NCBI GenBank assembly: GCA_038087875.1
Contig: CM075988.1
Location: 3,844,001-3,908,000 of the forward strand
Source: Malacoraja senta
Taxonomy: Eukaryota
DNA: 64,000 bases
Reading direction: 5' to 3'
The position numbers and the translations under genes are program-made. The notes under the pieces were generated by a model. That model was not told the DNA's origin. It ran no database searches and saw only the letters and a list, made by a program, of their open reading frames with translations. How positions within the stretch are numbered: position 1 is the first letter of the stretch; every line of letters starts with the position of its first letter. This document shows, piece after piece, positions 48,066 through 61,779 of this stretch.

Positions 48066-51000
48066 CATTTGTAAGAACAGAGTTGGGAGGTAAATGGGAT
48101 TCTTCTTTATTCCAATTCTTCAATGCAATGTAGCAAGTGTGAAAAGGTTAAACGATATGTGTGGGGCGAGTGTTTTACACAGAGGGTGGTGAGTGCCTGC
48201 CAGGGGTGGTGGTGGAGGCAGATATGATGGTGGCATTTAAGCGGCTTTTAGATAGGCTCATGGAAATGCAAGGAATGGTGGGAATGGGATCATGTGCAGG
48301 AGATTAGTTTATCTTGGCATTGTGTTCAGCACAGACATTGTGGGCAGAAGGGCCTGTTCCTGTGTAGCACAATGAAACAAGAGGCCAGAAATAAAGTCCG
48401 ATACATTGGACACAAAGCCAGGGAAAAGATCAGCTTTGGATATTGGAACTTTGCACATGGAAGGCAGGAATGATTAAGAGTGAGGCGAGCTCCTCATCGT
48501 ATAGAGGCATAGAGGGATACAACATGGAAACAGGCCATTCGGCCCAATTTTCCCACACCGACCAACATGTTCCATCTAATCTAGTCCCCCCTGCCTGCAT
48601 TTAGCCCATAACTCTCCAGACCTGTCCTATCCATGTGACAGTCTAACTGTTTCTTAAACGTTGGAATAGTCCCTGCCTCAACTACCTCCTGAGGCAGCTC
48701 GTTCCATACAACCACCACCCTTTGTGTGTAGATTGTGTGCAGTTAAGGGGGGAACCCAGAGAGGAAAGTAGGTGCGAGTATCGCTCAAATACCAGGGAGG
48801 GAAATGGTTCCTTCCTCTAAAAAGTACCCAAAACAATCAGCTGTCTAGGATGGGGTGGAATGGAAAGTACGTTTTTAAAAAGTGTACATCAAAGAATATC
48901 TAATTTACTTTTAAAAAACGTCGAGTGAACATAAAAGAAATTAAACACTTCAGTGTAGTATAATTTAGCTGTGAGTTTTATCGGTGTGTTTGATGATAAA
49001 TTGGGTTATTCAAAGGAAGAAGGCTGGCGATGAATAAAAATGCAGATTTTTGCTGATAAATTATTTTTTAGCTGTAACGTGAAAACAAAAAAGAACCAAT
49101 TAAAATCCTGCTTCGGGTCATAGCACAATGGAAGAAAGCCAGGATAGACACAAAACGCTGGGGTAACTCAGCGGGACAGGCAGCATCACTGGAGAGAAGG
49201 AATGGGTGACGTTTCGGGTCGAGACTTTCAGACTAGTGTCTGAAGCACTAGTCAGGACTAGTATGAAGAAGGGTCTCGACCTCAAGGTAATTTAAATGAC
49301 AAGATAAGGGCAGGCAGCATCTCTGGAGAGAAGAAATGGGTGACGTTTTGTGTTGAGACCCTTTTTCAGACTGAGAGTGAGGGGAGAGGGAGTTGGAGAT
49401 ACAGAGATAAGGAAGTGTAAGGAGATATGGAAGAGCATGGTGTGAAATTGTGGGAATGAGACATCAAAGGGGTTGGAATCAGAAAGACTGGGCTGTGTTG
49501 CTCTCTCTACACGGAGGCTGTTTGACCAGCTAAGTCTATTACAATTCAGCGCTATGAATATTGATTTCTCTAACTTCAAGAGAACTGCTTTCCCTCTCTC
49601 ACCATCCCTCCCTCATTCTAGTTCAGTTTAGTTTAGAGATACATCACGGAAACAGGCCCTTCGGCCCACCGATTCTGACCCGACCAATGATCCCTGCACA
49701 CTAACACTATCCTACACACACACTGGGGACAATTTACATTTCTACAAAGCCAAATAGCCGACAAACCTGTACGTCTTTGGAGTGTGGGAGGAAACCGAAG
49801 ATCTCGGAGAAAAATCCACACGGTCAAGGCGAGAACGTACAAACTCCGCACAGACAGCACCCGTAGTCAGGATCAAACACGGGACTCTGACGCTGTAACT
49901 CTATCACTGCGCCACTGTGCCGCTGAAAACTAGTTCTCCGACTACTTTCACTGTCCCCCTGATTAATGTAACCGACATTTTACTGATTGTGTCACCTTCC
50001 CCTTGATCCTTGATAATTTCCTTGATCAACGTCTTTGATCTGTCCTTTTCACACCATACCCTTCCATATCTCTAGTCTCCCTCTCCCCAGTCTCTCAGTC
50101 TGAGGAAGGGCCTCGACCCATAGCTGCACCCATTCCTTCTCTCCAGAGATGCTGCCTGTCCCGCTGAGTTGCTCCCATGACCAGTTCCTGTTATTATTGG
50201 TGAGGCATGTGCTGCATTCTGATTTCACGGCAAGCTTTTGCAATTTCCTTTGGTGACAGAAGGATTTCATGCTGCCCGCTTCCCCTGGTGGTTCTTTGGT
50301 GGCGGCTGCTGTTTGCTGCATGACTGTGATAAATAGCATGACTGCTGTCTGAAGTCACTCAGACGGACACTGCCTTCAGTCAGTGTTACAGCTGCTGTAA
50401 TCTCCACTGACAGGTCGGAAGGCTCTCCTCTGGCTTCTGAAGCTCTTGCATTCAGCATGATAAGAAGCAACGTCTTTTCGTCAGATCAAGGACCTTTCCT
50501 TTATTTTCCTCTCTGCGCTTTCACTCTTTAGGAAGTCACCCAGAGAGTCTGGGCTGTGTTGCTCTCTGGTGAATCTGTGGAAGTCATCCAGAGAGTTGTG
50601 AATCTGTGGAATTCTCTGCCACAGAAAACAGTGGAGGCCAATTCACTGGATGTTTTTAAGAGAGAGTTGGATATAACTGGAGGCCGGTTCTCTGGATACT
50701 TTCAAGAGAGAGCTAGATAGGGCTCTTGAAGATAGGGGATATGGGGAGAAGGCAGGAATGGGTTACTGATTGGGGATGATCAGCCATGATCACATTGAAT
50801 GGCGGTGCTGGCTTGAACGGCCGAATGGCCTACTCCTGCAGCTATTGCCTATTGTCTATTGTCTATAACTCGTAGGGCTAACGGAATCAAGGGATATGGG
50901 GAAAAAGCAGGAACGAGGTACTAATTTTGGATGATCAGCCATGATCATATTGATCGAAGGGCTGAATTGCCTACTCCTGCACCTACTTTTTATGTTTCTA

Positions 51001-51349
51001 ATAACGCTGCTTGGCCAATGTGTGGAGGAGGTCCATTTTAAGACAGGTTTCAGCCGCATGATTTGCACCGATGTGACTGATATGACAGTACTGACGAGCT
51101 GATAAGTGGCGTGCAATCAGGCATTTCCACCCTGATTAACACACAGCTCCGCCAGCCGTCCCCATCAGCAATTCCGTCAATGTTTGCCTTAAGTGTCCTT
51201 CACCCATGAATAACTCAGCGTGACATTGCTGGGAAAGGACCAACATGTCTGGAGAATGGCCTTTCCTGATGTTGGGCAAATGCTACATTACATTTTCACT
51301 CACTGCTAAGATTGACAGAAAATACTTCTCTCAAGGCCCAAACAGAAGC

Positions 51350-52020
<671 letters not shown>

Positions 52021-53531
52021 AAAAAAAACAGGCCCTTCGGCCCATTTTGTCCATGTCAACCAAGATGCCCCATCTACACCAGTTCCACCTGCCTGTATTT
52101 GGTCCATGTCCCTCTAAACCTGTCCTTTCCATGCAGCTGTCCAAATGTATTTTTGTCTAGAGATGATGAGTGCGCTAATACTGCCATCTCGTGTGTTCAG
52201 CATCTGTGGCCAAGGATTCTCCACACACCAGCGTTTGTTTGGAATCTCTGACATCTGGGGTATTCCCGCCACGGGTGTAGGATGGCAAGGATGGGCTGAA
52301 TGGTCACCTCGCCGTGGGCATGGGGCACTGCGCTGGGGAGCGTAGATGACAGCTGAAGGGAAGTGTCAGCAGCATTGCGGGACTGGTATTTACACTCTTA
52401 TGATAGTGGCAGGCCCGTCAATACGCACAGCTCCTGCCGTATGCAAGGCCCTTTGGTCTCAGAGCAGCCAGAAATAACGAGCGTGCTGGGCTGAGCACGT
52501 TGTACACATACTGGAAACATGCTCGGCACACACAGACCCAGGGAACAGACAGAAGCAGGGTCCTGACCCAAACCACCCTGTTCTCTCATATCCCCTCTAC
52601 ATCTTTCTCTGTTTTAGTTTTAGAGATACAGTGTAGAAACAGGGCCATCAGCCCTCCGAGTCCATGCAGACCAGTGGTCACCCCATACACTAACACTATC
52701 CTACACAATAGGGACAATTTCCAATCTTTACCAAAACCAATTAACCTACAAACCTGCACGTCTTTGGAGTGTGGGGGGAACCAGAGCACCTGGAGAAAAC
52801 CAACGCAGGTCACTGGGAGAACGTACAAACTCCATACGGACAACACCCATAGTCGGGGTCGAACCCGGGACCCTGGTGCTGTTAGGCAGCAACTCTACCA
52901 CTGCGCCACCGTGCAGCCTGCTATTCCCTGTCCAAACAATGGTTTCCATATAAGAAGAACACAAAGTTCTGGAATAACTCGTCGGGGCAGATAGGATCTC
53001 TGGAGAACATGGTTGACATTTCGGGTCGGGACCGTTCTTCTGGCATTACGAGACAGAAGGAGGACCTTTGGCCCGTGGGGTCCATGCCAGACTTCAATGG
53101 TTTCCCTCTGTGCCTAATAATAGTACAACTGTCATCCATGCACACCAATGACTTTTGCTTCAATGTGTAATGTCATGGCTTACGTTAGGGGGTGATGAAT
53201 AAACTGCAGCACAGCCAAGCAAGGAAAGGGCTGGAGGTCTGGCTAATATGTGGGGATCGCTTTAATTAATGGTTCAATCCTGACCTTGGGTGCTCTCAAT
53301 GTGGAGTTTGCACAATCTCCCTGTGACACATGGGTTTTCTCCAGGTACTCTGGTTTCCACCCCAGTCTCAAAAATGTAGGGCTTTGTTGGTTGACTGGCT
53401 GATCTAAATTGCCCCTAGGGTGTGTGGGGTTGGATGTGAAAACGGGATTCCCTAAAACTAATGTGAATGGGTGACCAATTCACCAAGGGCCTGTGTTTCC
53501 CATGCTGTATCTTTCAATCAATTCAAATGAA

Positions 53532-53710
53532 GGGGGAGAGAGAGAGAGGGAGAGGGGGAGAGGGGGAGAGGGGGAGAGGGGGAGAGGGGGGGAGAGGGAG
53601 GAGGGGGGAGGGGGGGAGGGGGGGAGGGGGGGAGAGGGGGAGAGGGGGAGAGGGGGAGAGGGGGAGAGGGGGAGAGGGGGAGAGGGGGAGAGGGGGAGAG
53701 GGGGAGAGGG
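53532..53710. repeat. (GGGGGAGA)n pure purine tract
   Basis: Visible directly. Confidence 0.96.
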
Positions 53711-54401
53711 CTTTGATAATAACTTCAGGTTAACAGAGTGCTTGGTTGAGCTAACGAGCAGCCCAATAATCACGATATCATCATTTCTCATTAGCACAGC
53801 ATACTCTAGGTTTATCAGAAACGTAGAATACAAACATCTATTTCATGCTTTCTTTCCCAATTTCAGCTCGTCTTGTCGGTTGAGTCACAACTCTATTTAA
53901 TTTTAATTTCTTGGCTTTTTGGACGCTTTGTCATTAAGCAATTTCCTTCAGACAAATTTCTGCTCAAACACGGGATCATCATAACAGGCCGTGCCGTGGG
54001 TGGAATAACTAATGCCTGAAATATCACAGTGAACCAGCCCAGATTGGCAAGTGAAACTCATTATTGATGGATAGGTGGCAACAAAGGAAAATGGAAGCAC
54101 TTTGATTTTGCGAGCGAGTCACACAAGCAGAGGGACTGTACAGTGGTTTGCAGGCAATAATGAACGTTTGTAGTGGCTGTAGAATTGTAACTAATGGAGC
54201 TGCCAATTTGCATAAAGCAAGAGGATCACAAATAGAAATGAAAATAACAAGGAATTTTAAAACAACACTGCAAGGAATCAAATATTGGCTAGTGAGATAG
54301 AGACAATTAATGTGCTGTCATAGAGTCTTGTAGAATGTTTCAACATGGAAACAGGCCTCTTTGGTATAATTCCTCCATGCCGACCAAGATTTAGTTTAGT
54401 T

Positions 54402-54655
54402 TAGGAAAGAATTGCAGATGCCGGTTTAAATTGAAGATAGCCACAAAATGCTGGAGTAACTCAGCAGGACAGGCAGCATCTGTGGAGAGAAGGAATGAGT
54501 GACGTTTCGGGTCGAGACCCTTCTTCAAACTGAAGAAGAGAGGTAGAGAGAGGCCCTTCTTCAGTTTGAAGAAGGGTCTCGACCCGAAACGTCACTCATT
54601 CCTTCTCTCCAGAGATGCTGCCTGTCCCACTGATTTACCCCAGCATTTTGTGTTT
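54402..54655. mobile_element. Penelope pLTR inverted pair (near-perfect hairpin)
   Basis: Arms ~54443-54531 and ~54563-54651. Both carry the same CTGA>TTGA change. Confidence 0.85.
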
Positions 54656-55148
54656 AGTTCAGTTTAGTTTAGATACAGCACAGAAACTGGTCCTTCGGGC
54701 CACCACGTCCACACCGACCAGCTTCCCCCGCACATTTACACTATCCTACACACACTAGGTACAATTTACACTTAATCCAAGCCAATTAACCTGTAGGTCT
54801 TTGGAGTGTTGGAGGAAACTGAAGATCTCAGAGAAAACCCATGCAGGTCAGGGGGGAGAACGTACAAACTCCGTACAGACAGCACCCGTAGACAGGATCA
54901 AACCCGGGTCCTCAGTGCTGCAAGCGCTGTAAGGCAACAACTCTACTGCTGCGCCACCTAAACTCGTTCTGTTTGACCATTTTGACCCATATCCCTGGAA
55001 ACTTTTCCTATCCATATCCGTGACCAAATTGTATCTGCCTCAGCTACTTCCTCTGGCTGCTCGTTCCATATATCCACCCCTCTCTGTGTGAAAAGGCTGC
55101 CCCTCAGGTTCCTATTGAATCATTCCCCTCTCACTTTCAACCTATGCC

Positions 55149-56143
55149 CTTCTTCTTCTTCCGTCGTGTGTCTTTTAGACCTGCAGCTCCGTTGAGGCGA
55201 GCCAGGCCAACGTGTCATCGTCCAGGTCAATCAGACCTCGTTCACCATTCGGTGGCCGGTGTTTGGGGCAACTGGTGACTATGTGCTCCACTGTCTGTGT
55301 TGGGTCCCCACACTCGCGGGAGGCACTCGCTGTCCACGAGGCCCCACCTCTTCATCGCTACTCCATAGCGTCCGATGCCTGTCCTCAAGCGGTTGAGGGT
55401 TGTCCACTGCTTTCGGGGCAGGTCCTGGCCAGGGACGTCCATGGGGTCATCGATGTAATGGTGTAGCCTAGATGGTTCCGCTGACTTCCACTGGTCTCTC
55501 CAAGGCAGCCTTAGAAGCGTCAGCCGGTGTTGTGCAGAGCAGCTCTTGGGCTTGCGTGGCAAAGGGGTGCCGTGACTTGAGGCGCACTCGTCGTGGTGTC
55601 TCTGTGACGATCTGATGGAGGAGGTGGGATTCACTGGTCTGTGCCTTTCGAGAGAGGGCCAGCGTGGCTGCTTCTCGTCTGATGTTGGCTGGGGCGATGC
55701 CAGCGAGGACGGGCAGTTGGTTTACTGGGGTGGCTCGTAGGCATCCGGAGACAGTCCGCAGGGTGCTGTTGAGGGCAGCATCCAGCTTCTTGGCGTGAGG
55801 ACTACGGCACCAGACTCAGCGGCTGAGAACACCAGGGCCACTGTGGACATGTGCAGTGTCTTCGTCGTGGCTCCCCATGTGGTGCCGGCTAGGCGGCGAA
55901 TCAGTGCGGCACGGGCGATTGTCTTTGCCTTGGCACCTTCCAGGAGTTGTTTGAATGACAACGTTCTGTCGAGCTTCACACCGAGGTACGTGGGGACAGG
56001 CTGGGACCGTAATCGGGCGTTATCCACCATGACGTTCATCTCGCGGGACACTTCCCTGTTGTTGAGTTGGAACATTGAAGATGTTGTCTTACCCCTGCTG
56101 AGCTTGAGGCGCCAGTTCCTCAGGTATGAAGACCGGGTGCTCA
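55149..56143 (-). mobile_element. I-group (Vingi/Ingi-like) LINE 3' fragment
   Basis: YLGVKLDRTLSF...RRLAGTTWGA...ALVFSAAE and WTTLNRLRTG, very short 3' UTR, (GAA)n tail. Confidence 0.78.
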
Positions 56144-59100
56144 TGTCCCTTGATCCCACTAGCCCCTAGAGCTCTATCTAACTCTCTCTTAAATCCATCC
56201 AGTGATTTGGCCTCCACTGCCCTCTGTGGCAGGGAATTCCACAAATTCACAACTCTCTGGGTGAAAAAGTTTTTTCTCACCTCAGTCTTAAATGGCCTCT
56301 CCTTTATGACCTGGCCATCCTACTTAGTAAGCCATCCTGGGAAGCAGCAGAAGAGGGCCTCTCTGAAGTCAGCACGGTGCTGGCTCGGGGCCGAATGGCC
56401 TCCTCCTGCATCTATTTTCTATGTTTCTAATCTGTGTAGCTTCACCCAATCTATGCCTCATAAAGTTATACACCTCTGTAAGATCACCCCTCAGCCTCCT
56501 GCGCTCCAAAGATCAAAGTTCTGCTTTTGAAAAGCGTTTGTACCCCACTGAACATGTGATTGGACTCAGTTCTAGCATTGGGATGAAGGTCTTTCTGAGA
56601 GATGTGCACTCTTGGTAATGGACATATCGCCCTGGATAATGTGCTTTATAATTTTGGAGTGAGACTAATGGAAGAGTGAAAGTGCTCAGTTTAATATTTA
56701 ATTTCCTTCCAGCGTAACGGCACTGTCGAAAGACACAGAAACTCCAATTTAATTTCCTAAAGCTCTTAAGATAATGTGTTTAACATTTAAATAAAGCATA
56801 CACTTGCAGAATTCCCCAGCACAGCCAATGAGGGGACTGGGCACTGGAAGTGTAACTGCAGCTGACAGCCATAGATTTCAGGCTGTTTCCACCTTTGTAT
56901 GTCAAGCTCTTTACTTTCTGTATCCACCTTTTAATAGTCATTCCACATCCTTGTTCTTTGCAACAAATGCTTGCAAACATCTGAATGAGGGAGCAGAAGG
57001 CCGGTGTGATTCATTGTGGCGTGGAAGGGAAAGTTCTGGTCTGTGATGGACTAAGAGAAAAGATGCCTCAGTTAGCTTGCTAGAACTGTGTACTTGCCAC
57101 CTGTCTGTGGCAAGTGCAGGCTCCGCTCTCTGTCCTGAGTAGTGTAGGGTAGCGTAGGGACAGTTTCTTCCCAGGTGTGATCAGGCAACTGAATCATCCT
57201 CCCACAACCAGAGAGCAGTGCTGAACTACTATCTACCTCATTGGTGACCCTTGGGCTATCCTTCGTCAGACTTTGCTGGCGTTACCTTGCACTAAATGTT
57301 ATTCTCTTATCATATCTACACACTGTAAATGGTGTACAGCTCTTCACTATACAATAGACTAAACTGAACTGAACTGAGTACAGGCTCCTGTTTCCTGTGT
57401 CTAGTGAGTTCAGTGATGGCACGTGGCATAGTGGTGGAGTTGCTGCCTCACAGCACCAGAGACCCTAGTTAGATCCATGTCCTTGGGTGCTGTCTGTGTG
57501 GAGTTTGTACGTTCCCCCTGTGACCATGTGGGTTTTCTCCGGGTGCTCGGGGTTCCTCCCACATCCCAAAGGTTTGCGGGTTTGTAGGTTAATTGGCTCC
57601 TGCAAATTGTCCCTAATGTGTGTAGGATAGAACTGGTGTGAATGAGTAATCGCTGGTCGGAGTGTACTTGGTGGGCCAAAGGGCCTGTTTCCATGCTGTA
57701 TTCCTAAACTAAACTAAACTGGTGAAGGAAGGAACTGAAGATGCCGGTTTACACCGAAGATAGATACAAAATGCTGGAGTAACTCAGCGGGTCTGGCAGC
57801 CTCTCTGGAGAAAAGGTATAGGTGATGTTTTGGGTCGAGATCCTTCTTCAGACTGAGAGTCAGGGGAGAGGGAAATGAGAGATATGCAAAGATTCAGAAC
57901 AAATAGGAGCTGCTTACAACCCAGTGGTATGAATATTGATTCATCTAATTTCAATTAACCCTCGGATTCTCTCTCCGTACCCCGTTCCTGCTTTCTCCCC
58001 ATATCCCGTGATTCCATTAGTTCCAAGAGCTAAATCTAACTCTCTCTTGAATACATCGAGTAAATTGGCCTCCATTGCCTTCTGTGGCAGAGAATTCCAC
58101 CGATTCACAACTCTCTGGGTGAAAACGTATTTCCTCATCTCAGTCCTAAATGGCCTACCTCATATTTTTAAACTGTGACCCCTGGTTCTGGACCTCCCCC
58201 AAGTTTTGGAGTAACTCAGTGAGTCAGGCAGCATCTCTGGAGAAAAAGGATGGGTGGTGTTTCGGGTCGGGACTCTTCTTCAGACTGAAAGCAGGCGGTG
58301 GGTGAAGAGCTGGCAGTGAGCAACGACCAGGGACAATCAGGGCCGGCCACAAGTGACCTCAGGCAGGGAGGTATCAGGGAAGACATATGTGGCCTACCCT
58401 GACTGGTCCTGGTCTTTTCCCCACTCCAGCTCTTCCCTTCCCCTCTCCACCCCTACTTTCAGTTACGAACAAGAATCCCAACCTGAAACGTCACCTATCC
58501 TTTTTCTCCAGAGATGCTGCCTTACTCCAGCACTTTGTGTCTATTTTTGTTATGAACCAGCATCTGCAGTTCCTTGTCTCTGCAAGGACATTGTGTGTAG
58601 ACGACAGACCCTTTGAGCAGTCTGAGGACGATCCAGCAAACTTTCAAGCATAACCAAGACGGCAATAATGGGAGATTTCAATTATCCTGGTATTAATTGC
58701 CAACACTGTCAGTGTGAAAGGGAGAGAGGGGCACAGAATAGGGTAGCACAGTGGCGCAACTGGTAGAGCTGCAAACTCACAGCCCCAGAGATCCGGGTTC
58801 AACCCTACCTCAGGTGCTGTCTGTGTGGAGTCAACACGTTCTCCCTGTGATCACGTGGGTTTACTCCGGGTGCTCCAGCATCCCACATACAGGCGCGTTT
58901 TGAGGTGAATTGATTTCTGTAAATTGCCCCTAGTGTGTCAGATGCCAAAATGGGATATCGTAGAGCTAGCGTGTGGATAGGAAGGAACTGCAGATGAATG
59001 AATGAATTAATAAGTTTATTGGCCAAGTATTCACATACAAGGAATTTGCCTTGGTGCTCTGCCCACAAGGGACAACATGACATGCAGTTGTCACATAAAA

Positions 59101-59664
59101 CATTAATAATAAAACATTATCGATTAAACATGTGAATTACATAGAATACCAGAGCAAAAGGAGTACAGATTGTTGGTTATTCAGTAGAGCCACTGCTCGT
59201 GGATAAAAGCTGTTTTTATGTCTGGCTGTGGCAGCTTTGTGGATGCTGATATGTCTGGGTGTGGCTTTGTAGGGTTCTCTGTGAATTGCCCTGAGTGTGG
59301 AGGGAGTGGATGAGAAAGTGGGGTAACAGAGAACTATTATGAATGGGTGATCGATGGTCGGCATGGACTCGTTGGGCTGAAGGGCCTATTTCCGTGTGGT
59401 ATCTTTAAAATAAATTGCTAAAGTACAGTCAGGAAAACATTGTCAGTTAGCGTTTAGCAAGATGAACAAAGGATTAAGAGTGGGCATGCAATTCTGGGCT
59501 TAACATTTCAGGGGTGAAGCTCACCAGATGAAAAGAGAGCAGTTTTACGGCAGTGATTTGATTCTCTTGGATTGTCTAAAGTAATGAAAAGATGTGAAGC
59601 TAAAAATGGGCGTGGAAGTTCTAAATTGAGATGAGGGCAATATTACCAGATTGGGAATGATTTA

Positions 59665-59854
59665 AGGGCCTGTCCCACTTGGACGTCATTTGCGCGTCAT
59701 TTACGCGACATCATTTATGCGTCACGACGCACGATGCGCACATGGTGCGTGATGACGTAGGCAGTGACGCCCGGTCGCGTGCGGCGCCCCAGGATTTGGG
59801 GATGTACAAAATCTTCGCGTGACGCGCAAATGACGCCCAAGTGCGACAAGCCCT
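59665..59854. mobile_element. PIF/Harbinger MITE, subfamily A
   Basis: TTA TSD on both sides, shared TIR. Confidence 0.85.
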
Positions 59855-60095
59855 TTAGTGACAATGGATGGAAGACATGTAAGGAAGCCATTCCGTGATT
59901 AGTAAGGGTGTCAAGGGCTACGGGAGGAAGGCAGGAGAATGGGGTTAAGAAGGAAAGGTAGATCATCCAGGTGGAGTAGACTTTAATTTTAGTTATAGTT
60001 TTAGAGATACAGCGTGGAAATCGGCCCTTCGGCTCACCCTACACACACTATGGACAATTTATATCAAACCAATTAACCTACAAACCTGTACGTCT

Positions 60096-60740
60096 TCAAG
60101 TTCAAGTGAGTTTATTGTGATGTATCCCTGATAGGACAATGAAATTCTTGCTTTGCTTCAGCACAACAGAACATAGTAGGCATTGACTACAAGGCATTCT
60201 ATAAATATATACACTCATGAATCAATATACTGATAAAGTGCAAATAACAGTATTGGCTAATAAAGTTCAGTGTTATGTCCGAGCCAGGTTTAATAGTCTG
60301 ATGGCTGTGGGGAAGTAGCTATTCCTGAACCTGGTCGTTGCAGTCTTCAGGCTCCTGTACCTTCTACCTGAAGGTAGTAGGGAGATGAGTGTGTGGCAGG
60401 ATGGTGTGGGTCCTTGATGATGCTGCCAGCCTATTTGAGGCAGCGACTGTGGTAGATCCCCTCGATGGAAGGGAGGTCAGAGCCGATGATGGACTGGGCA
60501 GTGTTTACTACTTTTTGTAGTCTTTTCCTCTCCAGGGCGCTCAAGTTGCCGAACCAAGCCACGATGCAACCGGTCAGCATGCTCTCTACTGTGCACCTGT
60601 AGAAGTTAGAGAGAGTCCTCCTTGACAAACCGACTCTCTGTAATCTTCTCAGGAAGTAGAGGCGCTGATGTGCTTTCTTAATAATGGCATCAGTGTTCAT
60701 GGACCAGGAAAGATCTTCAGAGATGTGCACGCCCAGGAAT
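60096..60740 (-). mobile_element. Rex1/Babar LINE 3' fragment nested in a V-SINE
   Basis: FLGVHISEDLSWS...KKAHQRLYFLRRL...FYRCTVES. SINE halves lie at ~59995-60095 and ~60741-60886. Confidence 0.9.
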
Positions 60741-61779
60741 TTGGAGTGTGGGAGGAAACTGAAGATCTCGGGAAAAAAACCCACGCAGGTCACGGGGCGA
60801 ACGTACAAACTCCGTACCTGTAGCCATGATTAAGCCCTGGTCTCTGGCCCTGTAGGGCAGTCGATCTACCGCTGCGACACCATGCTGACTTCATCAGCCG
60901 AATGGCCTAATTCTGCACCTAGAACTTATGGACATAAACTTCAGGGAGACATCTTCACAAAGTAAAAGGATGGGGCAGCCAAATCTAGCACTCCCTGGAT
61001 GATGAATAGTAAAAGACCTATGCAAGACACTGACTGATTGGTGGAATACAGAGGGCTTGCGAGATAAATTGGAAGGGAAATTAGGAAAGGAAAGAACAGT
61101 TTCAAACAGTTAAAGTCAAATTGTCAGTCTGAAGAAGGTTCTGACCCAAAACATCACCCATCCTTTTTCTCCAGAGAAGCTGCCTGACCCACTGAGTTAC
61201 TCCAGGACATTGCGCCCATCTTTGGTAAAATCAAAAGATGCTTGTAAGTACATGAGGCACAAAAGCAGAAAGTTTTGGGCCATTTGACCATAAAATGTAA
61301 ATAGTTTCAGTTTAGTTTATTGTCACGTGTACCGAGGTAGAGTGAAAAACTTCTGTTGCGGAAAGACAATACATGATTACAATCGAGCCTTTTACCGTGT
61401 ACATGATAAGGGAATAATGTTTAGTGCAAAGCAAAGCCAGCTAAGTCTGATCAAGGATAGTCCGTGGGTCACCAAAGAGGTTGATGGTAGTTCAGCACTG
61501 CTCTCTGGTTGTGGTAGGATGATTCAGTTGCCTGATAACAGCTGGGAAGAAACTGTCCCTGAATCTGGAGGTGTGCGTTTTTACATTTCTGTACTGATGG
61601 GAGAGGGGAGGAGAGGGAGTGGCTAGGGTGCGACTCGTCCTTGATTATGCTGCTGGCCTTGCCGAGGCAGCGTGAGGTGTAAGTGTAGTCAATAGAGAAG
61701 GAGGGTAAGATTATTAATTAATATTTCATGACTGGCTTCACAAAATGCTGTCGTTGTAATTAAGGAGGACGCGTGTGAA

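Noticed and set aside
48742..49125. TTAAGGGGGG-starting AT-rich segment as a Kolobok-like transposon end (similar doubt for 43290-43790)
   Set aside because: No matching second terminus or TSD found, so it cannot be supported.
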